Source: Sphaerodactylus townsendi
Lineage: Eukaryota
NCBI RefSeq assembly: GCF_021028975.2
Contig: NC_059440.1
Location: 22,816,001 to 22,880,000 of the forward strand
Direction of reading: 5' to 3'
Length of the DNA: 64,000 bases
The position numbers and the translations under genes are program-made. The notes under the pieces are model-generated. The model saw nothing but the letters and a program-made list of their open reading frames with translations. It was not told the origin of the DNA and did not search any database. This document shows, in pieces, positions 51,001-61,518 of this stretch (within the stretch, counting starts at the first letter, position 1; each line of letters starts with the position of its first letter).

Positions 51001-54000
51001 TTGTCAATCTGTTCCTTGAAGACCATCATGGTGGGCGTGTAGACGTTGATGTTGTACTGGCTGGACAGCTCTTCGGTCCCTCGGAGACCAACATACACGT
51101 ATCCAAAGGACAAGTAGTCCCTGTACGCAAAGGCAGTCAGCTGGAAGGAATGACATGCAAACATGGGCTAATGCAAAACCTTTTGGGGCTCCAATACATG
51201 GATGAAAGGGTTGGCTGCTTTTCTGGTCTTATGTAGATGTTGACACAGAAAAGGGAAGGAAACCCCAGGCAGAGTTTGGAATTTGCATAGTTTGGATTGT
51301 GTTTTTTTTAAAAAAAACACCATATACACACACTTTCAAACTGCATTACTGATGATAGAGGATGCAAAAAGAATGCAGAACTCTAGGCTGTGACGCACTC
51401 CCAGTGTGGCCCTTTGTGCCCTTCACCCCAAATCACACTTTGACATGAACCAAGGTTTGTGAACACCAGCCAAATGAACTGCTGGATGTGGGGCAAGCAG
51501 CGGGAGGGGAAAGAGGGGAGGCATAAAGGAGGGCCTGGAAGCTGATCTGTTCCTAGTCCATGGTGATATTAGGGAAGGCCTCTTTGGGATTTCTGGCATC
51601 TTTAGCCCTAAAGATCACATCTCTCAGTTCCAAAAAGGAAGTCAAAAAGGTCACTATTCCTATATTAAAAGGCAGCCCCTCTTGCTCCCTGAAGGTGGCG
51701 TCATGAAGCTATACTGAACGATGAAACTCTTTTTACCTTATACAACAGTGGAACAAGAGGCATGTGGTCAAACAGAAGCACGTGTGGCTTGTTCTCTTTC
51801 TTCCAGTTTGACAGGAATCTGATGTAGTTTTTATCTGTAATCTTTAACATAAAACAGAAATATCAGTTTCCAAACACTGAGGGGAGAGGAAGGCCTGATT
51901 CAGTACAAGCAAAATTATGTGTGGAAGTATTTCTGGGTCAGCATGGTGTAGGGGTTAAAAGCAGGTGGATTCTAATCTGGAGAACCAGGTTTGATTCCCC
52001 CACACCTGCACCTGAGTGGCAGAGGCTTATCAGGTGAACCAGATGTGTTTCCACACTCCTACGTTCCTGCTGGGTGACCTTGGGCTGGTCACAATTCTCT
52101 CTGAACTCTCTCAGCCCCACCTACCTTGCAAGGTGTCAACTGTGGGGAGAGGAGGGGAAAGGAGCTTGTAAGTCACCTTGAGGAAAGAGAGGTGAGGTAT
52201 AAATCCAACTCTTCTTCTTCTTCTCATAAGGACTAAATTAATCTATGGAATTCTCTGCCACTAGATGAAATGACAGCCACTACTCAGGTTGCTTTAAAAA
52301 GGGACTAGACAAATTTGTGGAGGCCCATCCAGAGATAAATGAAGCCTTCTTGTTTAAAAGCAGTTTAAATACTGGATTCTGGGAGAGAGAGCAGAGGAGA
52401 GATCTGTTGCCCTCACCCGGGCACGTGAACTTCTTCAAGATGCCTGGATAACGGCCACAGAAAACCAGCAGCTAGACTCAATGGACCTTTCGGCCTGATT
52501 CAGCAGGGAAGTGCCTATTAGCAGCCTCAAAGAGCAAACAGCTTAATGCAAATTACCTTCTCCACAAGGTTCCCAGGAAGAAGATTCTCTACAAACTGGC
52601 ACAGATTCTCCCGCACGACCGCATTGTGGAAAAAGGTTATCCTCCCATTGATGAGTCCCAGGATTGAGGGGGTGCTGTGGGCTCCTAGGTGGTGTGCCAG
52701 GCGCCTTTCATAGCCAGCATGAATGACGCCAATTCCCACTCCTGAGAGAGGCAAGCGAGGCCAGTCACAAAAGACGTCCCAGAAAAAGCCAGACTGGGTT
52801 TGTTATCTCGGCTGAGCTCTTAACAGAGGCATCTCTCGAAAAACATCGAGACTGGAAAGCTGGGATTACACCCTACATTGCAAGATCTGATAGGTTCAAA
52901 GGAAAGAGACTGCAGGGAAAAGATTATTGCATGAACCACGGCTGCCACTCAAGACATTGTAGCTGCCAGGGCATCACCCGCCTCTCTGCTTTACATAAGT
53001 TCAGCTACACAAATAGGAAAATGTTCCCGATTTGCATTTTCCCCCCCAGGTCTTTCTGTCCCTCTTGGGGCGTGTGTGTGTGTTGGTAGGGAACAAAAAC
53101 AAAGAATGTTGCAACACCTCAGAACCCTGGCAATGGGGCACAGCAGTCCCTTACACTTCATAAATCGGTGGCAAGTTGATAGCAAAAAAACCCACATCGT
53201 TTTAAGTACACCATCCATCAGTCGCGTAGCTATAGTAGCGACATCCAGGGACAAATGCCCTGGGGGCCCCCCTGGTGAGTCACAGGGGGGGCCCAGAAAA
53301 TCGCCACCACACTTCTGACCCACCCACCACACAACCCCTGACAGGCCTCAGCTGGTCGGGCAGAGCGAGAGGGGGTGAGCCGGCTGGGCTGGCGGCCGAC
53401 CCTGAGGCTGGAGCCTCGACTGTGCGGCACCGGCTCAGGTAAGTGGGTGCCGGGGGGGTGGGGGGGGGGTTCGTAGCTACCATGGGACACGAAGGATGCG
53501 TAGATACCATGGGGCGCAGGGAGCACCATTTTGCCCTGGGCGCCATTTTCCCCTGCTACGCCTCTGCCATCCGTGCACGCAAAGGATCGCAAACAGGCAT
53601 TTTCAGTGGCTGCCCCTCAGACTCTTCCTCCTCTTGAGAGACTGAGCAAATCAAGAGCCTGCGTGTCACTTGGCAGAAACACAAGATGTTCTGGAGGCAA
53701 AGGATAAGACAGCCAGGAAACGCAAGCGTTAAACCCAATCAAACGAGCTGGCCCTGCTCCTTCTCTTACCGAGCGCTTCCAACTCATGCACCACCTCCTT
53801 CCAGACAGGCTCAATGTGAATGCAGCTGAAGCACCAGTCGGATGTGATTTTGATGAGGTAGGGCTTCCTGAAGCTGTCGGGCACGATCTCGTTGACGTAG
53901 TGCGAGAAGTGCAGCAGGTACTTCTCGTCCGAGGAGTCCCGGCGGTCCGAGTTGAAGGGGAAATGGAAAAAGGATTCGTCGAAATAGAAACTTTCGTGGA

Positions 54001-56392
54001 AGTGGTGGAACTGGCGCTGCTGGTGCTGCTGCTGCTGGGGGTAGCCCTGGTTCTCCCCCACGTCACCGTAGCGGTCGAAATTTAATCTCTTCTCCTCGTT
54101 GGAAAGGAGCTGGCCAGAGTGGAAAAAAAGGCACTCTGTTAGCCTGGATCTCTGGTAAAGACTCTGAATTCGGATAGTATAAGCTAAACATGTCTTTATA
54201 GTTGTCCCAACAGCTCAATTCATACTGGCCTTTCCTTCACAGTAGAAAGCCCCAAAGAGGAAAATAAAAACCCCAACACCCAGTGAGAATTTCCCATAGG
54301 AGATAATGGAGAACCATGAAGGAGATAATGGAGAACCATGAAGAACCTGGCATATTTCCGGGGCCGGCTCCAACGAAAGTCAGCTCCATCCCATCCCACA
54401 GTGGACAAGGATGGGGGATTTTTTACCCACTAAAGGTGTTAAACAAGGCTATTAATGGAGATCGTTAATTCATAAAATCACCATAACTTGGAAGCACCTT
54501 GACTGCTTATAACACACACAGATGTTAAATATCCCTGGTATTCACAGTCAGTTACAGGTGTTAACTAGCTTTGCAAAACTGATGAATGGCCTTAATACTT
54601 TCCTTGATCAGAGCTGATTTTTCACAATTATTTTTTATAAAAAGAAGAGTTGGTTACGTTCCTACTTTCCTCTAACTTTAAGGAGTCCAAAGAGAAGAAG
54701 AGTTTGAATTTATATGCCCTCTCTTTTTCTCCTGTAGGAGACTCAAAGGAGCTTACAATCTCCTTTCCCTTTCCCTCACAACCTGTGAGAGAGCTCCGAA
54801 GGACTAGGCCAAGGTCACCCAGCTGGCATGTGTTGAAGTGCACAAGCTAATCTAGTTCACCAGATTAGCCTCCACAGCTCAAGTGGCAGAGCGGGGAATC
54901 AAACCCGGATCACCAGATTAGAGTCCACCTGCTCTTCACCACTACACCATGCTGGTTTTATTCTGTACTCTGCAAGGGTCCTGTGACCCTGCTACCTGTT
55001 TTTTTCCAGATGCGCATGCCATTTCCGAACGGGGCCTACTGCACTGCATCTTTATTAGCTGGCTCTGGTCCATTGGAATAAAACTATGTTAATGGTTGAG
55101 GTGCCTCTGGACTCCTGCTTATTTTTAACTAGGACAATTCTCCCTCCCGCCCCCCAACCTCCCGCACCCACCCGAGCATTTAATACCTCATAGGCCTTGC
55201 TAATTTGTATGAACTTATCTTGCGCTCCAGGGTCCTTGTTTTTATCAGGATGCCTGAAATACAAGCACAAACGAGAAAGAGTCAGCAGTCTGATCCGAGG
55301 CTGCCAGATTTAAGTTCAGTCTTGGTGCTGCTGCGGGGGACCACAGAGGCAGAACTGACATTATGCAAAGCTTAATCTCTTTGAGGTTCGAACGGGGCTT
55401 ATTATTGGGGGCTTATTTCCTGTGCTTCGAGCATTGCGCACAGGAGAAAAACCACTCTTTGAGAGGAGTTAATTTCATATGCAGATGGCTGACTGGAGGC
55501 AGAAAACAGAGACAGGGAATAAGAACTACCTCTGGGCAAAAAAAAGAAAGCCTTGCGTAGTTCCCTTATTGTGTCTGAGACCCAAACAGATTTTGCCTAC
55601 TCATTTCTCTGTGGCTATTGACAGCTGCATGGGCTTGAACCACAGTTTGGTTTTTCTTTTTAACGCCCCCAGAAATGCCAATTACTGTGTTAGAAGCAAG
55701 GTAATGCCATATCAGAGCATCATACCGTCTTGCTCAATACCGTCTATTCTGACCGGCAGTGGCTCTTTGGGAGAGAGCCCTTCCCCAGTTCCTGCTACTG
55801 GTGACTGTTTCACGCCGATGACACCCACGCCGATGACACCCAGCTATTTCTATTGATGGACAGCCACCCATCTTCCACCATGGAAAAACTGGCCAAATGC
55901 TTGGGAGCCATGGTGGAGTGGCCCAGTGGAAAAGGCCTTGTGGAACAGCTCTGTTTTACAAGCCCTGCGGAACTGAGACAGGCTCTGCAGGGCCTGGATG
56001 CTACCAGGAAGAGCATTCCACCAGGCTGCAGTTTAGGACTCCTTCTCTTTCAAAACTCCAAAGCCTCTCCCTGTCCTTATGTTAGCCGGTCTTCCCACAA
56101 TCAAAGCATTTTGCCCCCCACAGGTGAACATAACAAGACAGCAAATGCTGACAGGCCTTGCAAGCAACAGGCTGCCGGTTTTTATCCCAGAAGCTAGAAC
56201 AAATTATACTTCTCAACTCACGTACCATTCCCGGGCAAGCTTTTTATATGCTTTTTTAATGTCTGCCTGGCTGGCCAACTTGCTGACTCCCAGGATTCGA
56301 TATGGGTCAAAGTCGACAGCAGATAAGATTTGCAAGGCCAGGATGAGAAACAAAACCAGAACCAGGGAGATGCTTAACCTTTTCATTTCCAT
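42213..56392 (-). CDS. DNAJC16: DnaJ homolog subfamily C member 16 (ERdj8), whole gene, 14 coding exons, 778 aa
   Basis: Signal peptide, J domain with HPD, thioredoxin-like WCFSC, TM segment LLSLIFSALFILFGTVIIQAF, C-terminal RFYIPSWPALD; all GT-AG introns in frame. Confidence 0.96.
42953..43208 (-). mobile_element. Squam3-type SINE (next to a Penelope-like fragment at about 42720-42950)
   Basis: Family motifs. Confidence 0.8.
43480..43647 (-). CDS. DNAJC16: DNAJC16 coding exon 13
   Basis: IPKKGFVEVTELTDITYMSNLVRLRPGHMNVVL...EVYTFT. Confidence 0.95.
44139..44234 (-). CDS. DNAJC16: DNAJC16 coding exon 12
   Basis: DTGDERDSPPPKKDEPPSKSERNDTGFTKDN; weak donor AG|gtccct. Confidence 0.85.
44312..44601 (-). 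mobile_element. Squam3-type SINE
   Basis: Family motifs. Confidence 0.75.
44626..44706 (-). CDS. DNAJC16: DNAJC16 coding exon 11 (transmembrane)
   Basis: REMMPLLSLIFSALFILFGTVIIQAF. Confidence 0.95.
44738..45683. mobile_element. Non-autonomous hAT element
   Basis: CACTGGCGTAA...TTACGCCCCTG termini; perfect 8-bp TSD GGTCAGCC; internal inverted modules. Confidence 0.87.
46375..46451 (-). CDS. DNAJC16: DNAJC16 coding exon 10
   Basis: VFFLRWIYSAFDYLSESWDGFFHSN. Confidence 0.93.
46551..46812 (-). mobile_element. Squam3-type SINE
   Basis: Family motifs. Confidence 0.78.
47031..47213 (-). CDS. DNAJC16: DNAJC16 coding exon 9
   Basis: VVILERRNNAGRVVYK...LADLNDELAP. Confidence 0.95.
47735..47930 (-). 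mobile_element. 5S rRNA-derived SINE (5S-Sauria-like)
   Basis: Minus strand gatctggtcagatctaggaagctaag...ttggatgggaaacc resembles 5S rRNA, followed by an RTE-like ggcaatggcaaaccac tail; another copy near 50450-50607. Confidence 0.7.
48002..48705 (-). mobile_element. L2-clade LINE 3' fragment with microsatellite tail
   Basis: WLPVDFRIIFKVWVLTFKALRGLGPSYL...APAWWNTLP peptide; (AAAT)n/(AAGC)n tail at 48002-48071. Confidence 0.85.
48796..48979 (-). CDS. DNAJC16: DNAJC16 coding exon 8
   Basis: YCVVLITGE...FLAFATANTKDTLRFVHIY...GKSA. Confidence 0.95.
49153..49292. mobile_element. Short palindromic Harbinger MITE
   Basis: TIR GGCCCCTTCCACACATG; other copies at about 18666, 60095, 61113 and 62254. 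Confidence 0.8.
50198..50328 (-). CDS. DNAJC16: DNAJC16 coding exon 7
   Basis: ARSMKKQLIDDFLSQNKFLMASRLTSQKLFEELCPVKKSHRQR. Confidence 0.95.
50982..51140 (-). CDS. DNAJC16: DNAJC16 coding exon 6
   Basis: LTAFAYRDYLSFGYVYVGLRGTEE...KPADVVQ. Confidence 0.95.
51737..51841 (-). CDS. DNAJC16: DNAJC16 coding exon 5
   Basis: ITDKNYIRFLSNWKKENKPHVLLFDHMPLVPLLYK. Confidence 0.94.
51938..52224 (+). mobile_element. Squam3-type SINE
   Basis: Family motifs with (CTT)n tail. Confidence 0.8.
52557..52741 (-). CDS. DNAJC16: DNAJC16 coding exon 4
   Basis: VGIGVIHAGYERRLAHHLGAHSTPS...LLPGNLVEK. Confidence 0.95.
53219..53566. mobile_element. GC-rich hAT MITE
   Basis: CAGTCGCGTAGC...GCTACGCCTCTG; TSD CCATCC(A/G)T. 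Confidence 0.8.
53770..54109 (-). CDS. DNAJC16: DNAJC16 coding exon 3
   Basis: LLSNEEKRLNFDRYGD...ITSDWCFSCIHIEPVWKEVVHELEAL. Confidence 0.96.
54692..54955 (-). mobile_element. Squam3-type SINE
   Basis: Family motifs. Confidence 0.75.
55187..55253 (-). CDS. DNAJC16: DNAJC16 coding exon 2
   Basis: HPDKNKDPGAQDKFIQISKAYE. Confidence 0.95.
56226..56392 (-). CDS. DNAJC16: DNAJC16 coding exon 1 (exon acceptor at 56412)
   Basis: MEMKRLSISLVLVLFLILALQILSAVDFDPYRILGVSKLASQADIKKAYKKLARE. Confidence 0.94.
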
Positions 56393-58657
56393 GTTGCTTT
56401 CCTTCAGAGAACCTGCGAAGAAGTTTTCCCACAAGTTTAACAGGAAAGGGGTGAAAGTAGGAACCACATATGTTAGTTGTTAGTTTATTACAATCAACTG
56501 ACCCATACAAGCAACCGTGTATGAATTACAAATATGGTACAACGTGAATCAACTAAATAATAAATAATTTCTGTAAATTAGAATAATGGAATTAGAAGAG
56601 ACCACAAGGGCATCAAGTCCAACCTCCTGCCATGCAGGAACACAATCAAAGCACTCCTGACATATATTCATCCAGCCTCTGTTTAAAAACCTCAAAAGAA
56701 GGAGACTCCACCACTCTCCAAGGCAGTGAATTCTACTGTTGAACAGCCCTGACAGTCAGAAAGTAAAATGAATAAACTATTAATACAGGAAGTCAGCTTC
56801 TAGGGTTCCCTGATTTTTAATTCCGAATACCTTTGCCAAAAATTTTGCTACCTCCAGTGTGATCCTGAAGTTCTTGTCTTCTAATGGATAGTAAATGCAA
56901 AACTGTCCTGAACTTCCTCTAAGATTTGTCAATAGGGGAAGAAGCCTTTGTTGGCAACACATACGGAAAAGAGTGGCAGTCAGTTCCATAGGTCCCCTCC
57001 CGCTTCCCTTCCCCATCTTGGCCACAACTTCCTCAGGAATTTAGCAATGGATGCTATGCTAGACAATGTTAAAAGGAGACAAATTCAGAAGACAGGTTTA
57101 TCAACGGCAGTTCAGAGGCTGCGTTTCTGAATACTATGAAAGGGGCCTAAACCAGCTCCTTTTATTAGTGTGCAAAACTATCAAAAGTGCAAAACTAGAA
57201 AGTTTTGATGCAAATATCAATGAAGTTAGGAACCAACTGTAGACTGACAAGGGAGCAGCAAATCTCATTCCAAACCCAAATATGAATACAAATTTAGCCA
57301 GTGGGGCACAGAAGATGTAACAGCTGGACTCATGTTCAAATGTTACAAATGAAGAAATGTAATAAACCAATTTCTTGAAGCCTGGGGAGTGGGGAGGGGC
57401 AGTGATTCCTAGAAACCAGTCAATATACTGTGAGGTGACACCGTGAAAAAACGTTTTAGGTGCGAACCACACATTTCTAAACAAGAGCAACTAGGGACTT
57501 CTTGTACCCTGAAAAGTCACATGGCAGGCTGGGTCTACAGAGGCTGAAAAACTACGAGGCAGAATGGAGTAGAAACTTCCAGTGCCAGAGTAGGACTGGG
57601 AGATCAGGATTCAAATCCTGACACTAATATGAAACTTGATGGGTGAATGTGTGCCAGTTGCACATTCCCAGAAGGGGTGTGAGCAGAGGCAGGTAATGGC
57701 AAACCACCTCTGAAAGCTTCTTACCCTGAAATTCCTATAGACTAGGCCAACTGATGTGAGAAAGCATTTCAGGTGTTTGATTGATCTGCATCAATATCCG
57801 CCCCTTCCCCTGCTTCGTCTGAAAGGAGTAGTGAGAACAGACCACATCATCTTTCAGAATTAAACACCACTTTTCTAGAGTTTGCATTTTAAGGACACTG
57901 TAAAGGTGGTCAGGATAAAGCACTATACATCTAAGCTGAAAGGTAACATGAGAGCAGGTACAAAATCACAAGAGGGACATTTATGCCCGACACTGGTACA
58001 GAAGCGAGAAAGCATGAAGTGGGATGCCATGCCACCTGATCAGCAAGACGCACACCACAAAACATGACATAAAATGATAGAATCTGGATATTTCCTGGGA
58101 GGAATATCACGATTAGGGACCTGTTCATCACACAATTACTTGAATACGCCATGGAATTTATACGGAGACATATTTCAGAACAGAAACATTTATTCTGCAA
58201 TCTTGTCAACCACTGAAAAATCCTTGAGTATCTGCTAGAGAGCCCTGCAGGTTTGCAAAGCACATTTTCTTGTACACAACCAGTCAACAGAGTATTCTGG
58301 CTAGACACGCAAGGCTTTGCTCTACCACCACTGACATTATCAATAAACTTCAAAGAAGCTGCAGGGCTCTTCAAACTAGTTTGAAAACTGTAGAATCATA
58401 GAGTTGGAAGAGACCACAAGGGCCATCAAGTCCAACCTCCTGCCATGCAGGAACACACAATCAAAGCACTCCCGACACATGGGCATCCAGCCTCTGTTTA
58501 AAAACCTCCAAAGAAGGAGACTCCACCACTCTCCAAGGCAGTGAATTTTACTGTCAAACAGCATGTGCTTTGAACACTAAGGCCACCACAGAAAGTCACT
58601 TTACTCAAAATGTAAAAAAGCAGTCAAATAAGATTACTCCAAAGTCAGGTCCAACAG

Positions 58658-58845
58658 GAGGGGTATAAGGAGAACCTCTTTGGTTACAGGCAGTCTACCA
58701 CTGAGTTCCAGGTGCTAAACTGTCAGATAATCTACTGTTCTGGGCTCGGAGACTAGTTTCATGCTACATATATTATCTGGCTGCTTAGCAATGGAACTCA
58801 GTGGTAGACTGCCTGTAACCAGGGAGGTTCTTCTAGTACCTCTTC
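58658..58845. repeat. Long inverted repeat (hairpin, MITE-like)
   Basis: Perfect 30-bp arms at 58681-58710 and 58792-58821, with imperfect extension on both sides. Confidence 0.85.
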
Positions 58846-59111
58846 TTCACAACTGCCCGAGCTACCCATGGACATGCTTCACTCTCCCTGGAACTAGATA
58901 CATGTAAAAAGCTGGAAAAGGCTTCAAGCCCAGCTCCTAAACATGCCCCTTTCTACCCAGGATGCTCCCTCATGTATCAGTGCTTCCCAACGTGCAAATG
59001 GTTCTCACCAGAGGGGCACCCCCCTGCAGACAGGCCTTCCTATAGCCACTAGGTATCGTTGCCTGCCCTCCTCTTCACCCCTTGAATTGATCCTGAGGAG
59101 GAAGGACTCAC

Positions 59112-59330
59112 CCCCCGCCCCCAGGTCACAATATTTTAACAGCCGCCTCCCCGTTCCCAACAGCTCACGAAGGGCTCACAATACCCACCCTGTTTGCTCC
59201 TCTCTCCCCGGTCCCCCCTTCCGGCATGGAGGCCCGCCCCTCGCCGCCGTCACCATAGAGACGGCGCTACGAATCCCTCATTTCCGCCCGGCGCCGGAAT
59301 AGAAAACAAAGCTCCGCCTGCCTTGACCGG
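59112..59330 (-). other. DNAJC16: Probable non-coding exon 1 of DNAJC16 (5' end approximate)
   Basis: CpG-rich segment with minus-strand donor GG|gtgagt at 59111-59110; the first coding exon has an acceptor 20 nt before its ATG, so an upstream exon is required. Confidence 0.6.
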
Positions 59331-60780
59331 AAGAAGCTTACGACAGCCGCTTTCTTACCACCAAAATGCCCGCCCGCATTAAAAACTACGTTCGCCCCGC
59401 GGGGAATAGTGCAGTGTTGCATGATGGGTAGGTGCTTTCTGCGCATGCGGGGTCGCTTCTGACAATATGTTCAATTGTTTCGTTGGTTCACGGCGTTCCT
59501 GGTTTTATTGCTACGGCGTCTGAAACGAAATTAAATAAGGAAAAATTAAATGAAATTAAATAAGAAAAAAATCACATACGAAAAAAAGTCATATTATCAA
59601 TTATAATGAAATGTCTGTATTTTTAATGTCTATATTTTATACTGTTTTTATATTATTGTATTGTTTTATTTATATGTATTTATGTAAGCCGCCTCGAGTC
59701 CCCTGGGAGATTGGTGGGGTAGAAATGTAATATGTAAATATAAATAAATAAATAATTAAAACATAACCGCTCTCGAAATCCACATTTAGAGATATTAACC
59801 AATTCAGCCAAACAGTTGACGCTTTTCCCGTTTAAAGTTTTTATTAGCATTTGAACAGCTAAACACAAAAGACAAAACCCGCAAAAAAAAAAAAGTCATT
59901 TACCGTAAGGACTTCCAATTTCATCTGTGCCAAGTATTAACACTAAAAATATTACCATTTGCTCTATAACAACATGAGTAAATTGAATCTTTACAATTAC
60001 CACTGATAAGAGTCACACTTTTTTTTGTTAAATTTTAACAAAATAATAAAAACTACTGAATGGATTAACCTCCAAAATCCCTTCGTTGATGATAGACCAC
60101 TTTTGCACATGCAGAATAAGCACATTCAATCCATTTGCACAATTGTTTGAAAGTGGATTTTGCTATTCTGCACAATAATCCAGCTTCAAAGTGCATTGAA
60201 AGTGGATTGAAAGTGTGCATTATTCTGCATGTGCAGAAGGGGCCATAGTTTGATCAGTTGAGATGCAACAATTGAGAAAGTTGTATCATGTATGCTTCTG
60301 CATTAGAGTATAGTCCTGGACAAATATGAGAATTATCATTCATGTTTATGGAGGGTGGGGGAGGAGGGCTTGGTAGGCACCAGGACTCAGGTGGTGCATT
60401 CTGCAACAAAGAAGGTCCCCATGCTTTGTTCTGTGGCTGAGGAATATACAATCTACTAACATCTTTATGTGGAACAGAGTATAGTACGGCCAGTCCGAAA
60501 TCCACTCCTTACCAGTCAAACCCACAGACATCCCAAAACAGAAAGCTGACAGCTCCCCTCTGCTTCGCCCTGCCCATATGCCCTAATATGGACTGTGTGA
60601 TGCTGGGGGCGTGGCTTACGGGCGGGGTTCCCCGGGCCGGTCTCCCTTCGCGGAAGGAGTGTTGTGCTTGTGGTAGGTGTGTCTCTGCTTGCTACCTTGC
60701 CCGGGGCGATGGAAGAGGCACAGCGTCAATTGCTGCAGCGTTCGCGGGTGCGCCTGGTGGAGAAGCTGCAGGTGGAGCCT
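59140..60780. promoter_or_regulatory. Divergent promoter region DNAJC16/CASP9
   Basis: CpG patches at 59140-59520 and 60600-60780; ETS CCGGAA motifs near 59294 and 59327, ZNF143/Staf-like TGCATGATGGG at about 59418, NRF1 TGCGCATGCG 59440-59449. Confidence 0.7.
60095..60244. mobile_element. Short palindromic Harbinger MITE
   Basis: TIRs and ATA TSD. Confidence 0.8.
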
Positions 60781-60840
60781 TTGTGGGACCTGCTGGTGCA
60801 CCGAGAAATCTTCACCCAGGATATGATCGAGGAGATACAG
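60709..60840 (+). CDS. CASP9: CASP9 exon 1
   Basis: 44 codons of the CARD; donor CAG|gtacct. Confidence 0.94.
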
Positions 60841-61441
60841 GTACCTGGCTGTGCTTTAAGAGATCAGTTACTTCCTTGTCTGCCTAAAGGATCCACTGGG
60901 TGGATTTTTTCAGGGCTCCTTTGTATCTGGGAGAGGGGCAAAGCATCCCCCGCCCTCCAAAGCTTTCTGTGCTTTCTCTTTTTCTGTCCAGGCATAGCAA
61001 TCCATAAGAAGTTCTTCCAAGAGCTTTCAGTTTCATGTGTGCCAATCAATTCAAAAATCAAGAATAGAAAGTAGTATTTTCTTGGTACTGCCTAGTCCAC
61101 AGCAAATCTATTGCCCCTTCCACACATGCAGAACGATGTATTTTCTTTTATGTACACTGAGAGCATATGCACCGGAGACAAATTCCTTGTGTGTCCAATC
61201 ACACTTGGCCAATAAAGATTCTATTCTATTCTATTCTATTCTATTCTATTCTATTCTATTTCAGTCCACTTTCACAGTTGTTTGAAATTTGCTATTCCTC
61301 ACAGTAAAAAATTCAGCTGCGAAGTGGATTGAAAGTATTATTCTGCATGTGCTGAAAGGATCTGTCTGATTTCCAAGTGTCTTTCCTTATCCCCACCCCC
61401 TCTCTTGTGGAATGCCAGAGGTGTAACTATCTTTGCTGCCC

Positions 61442-61518
<77 letters not shown>

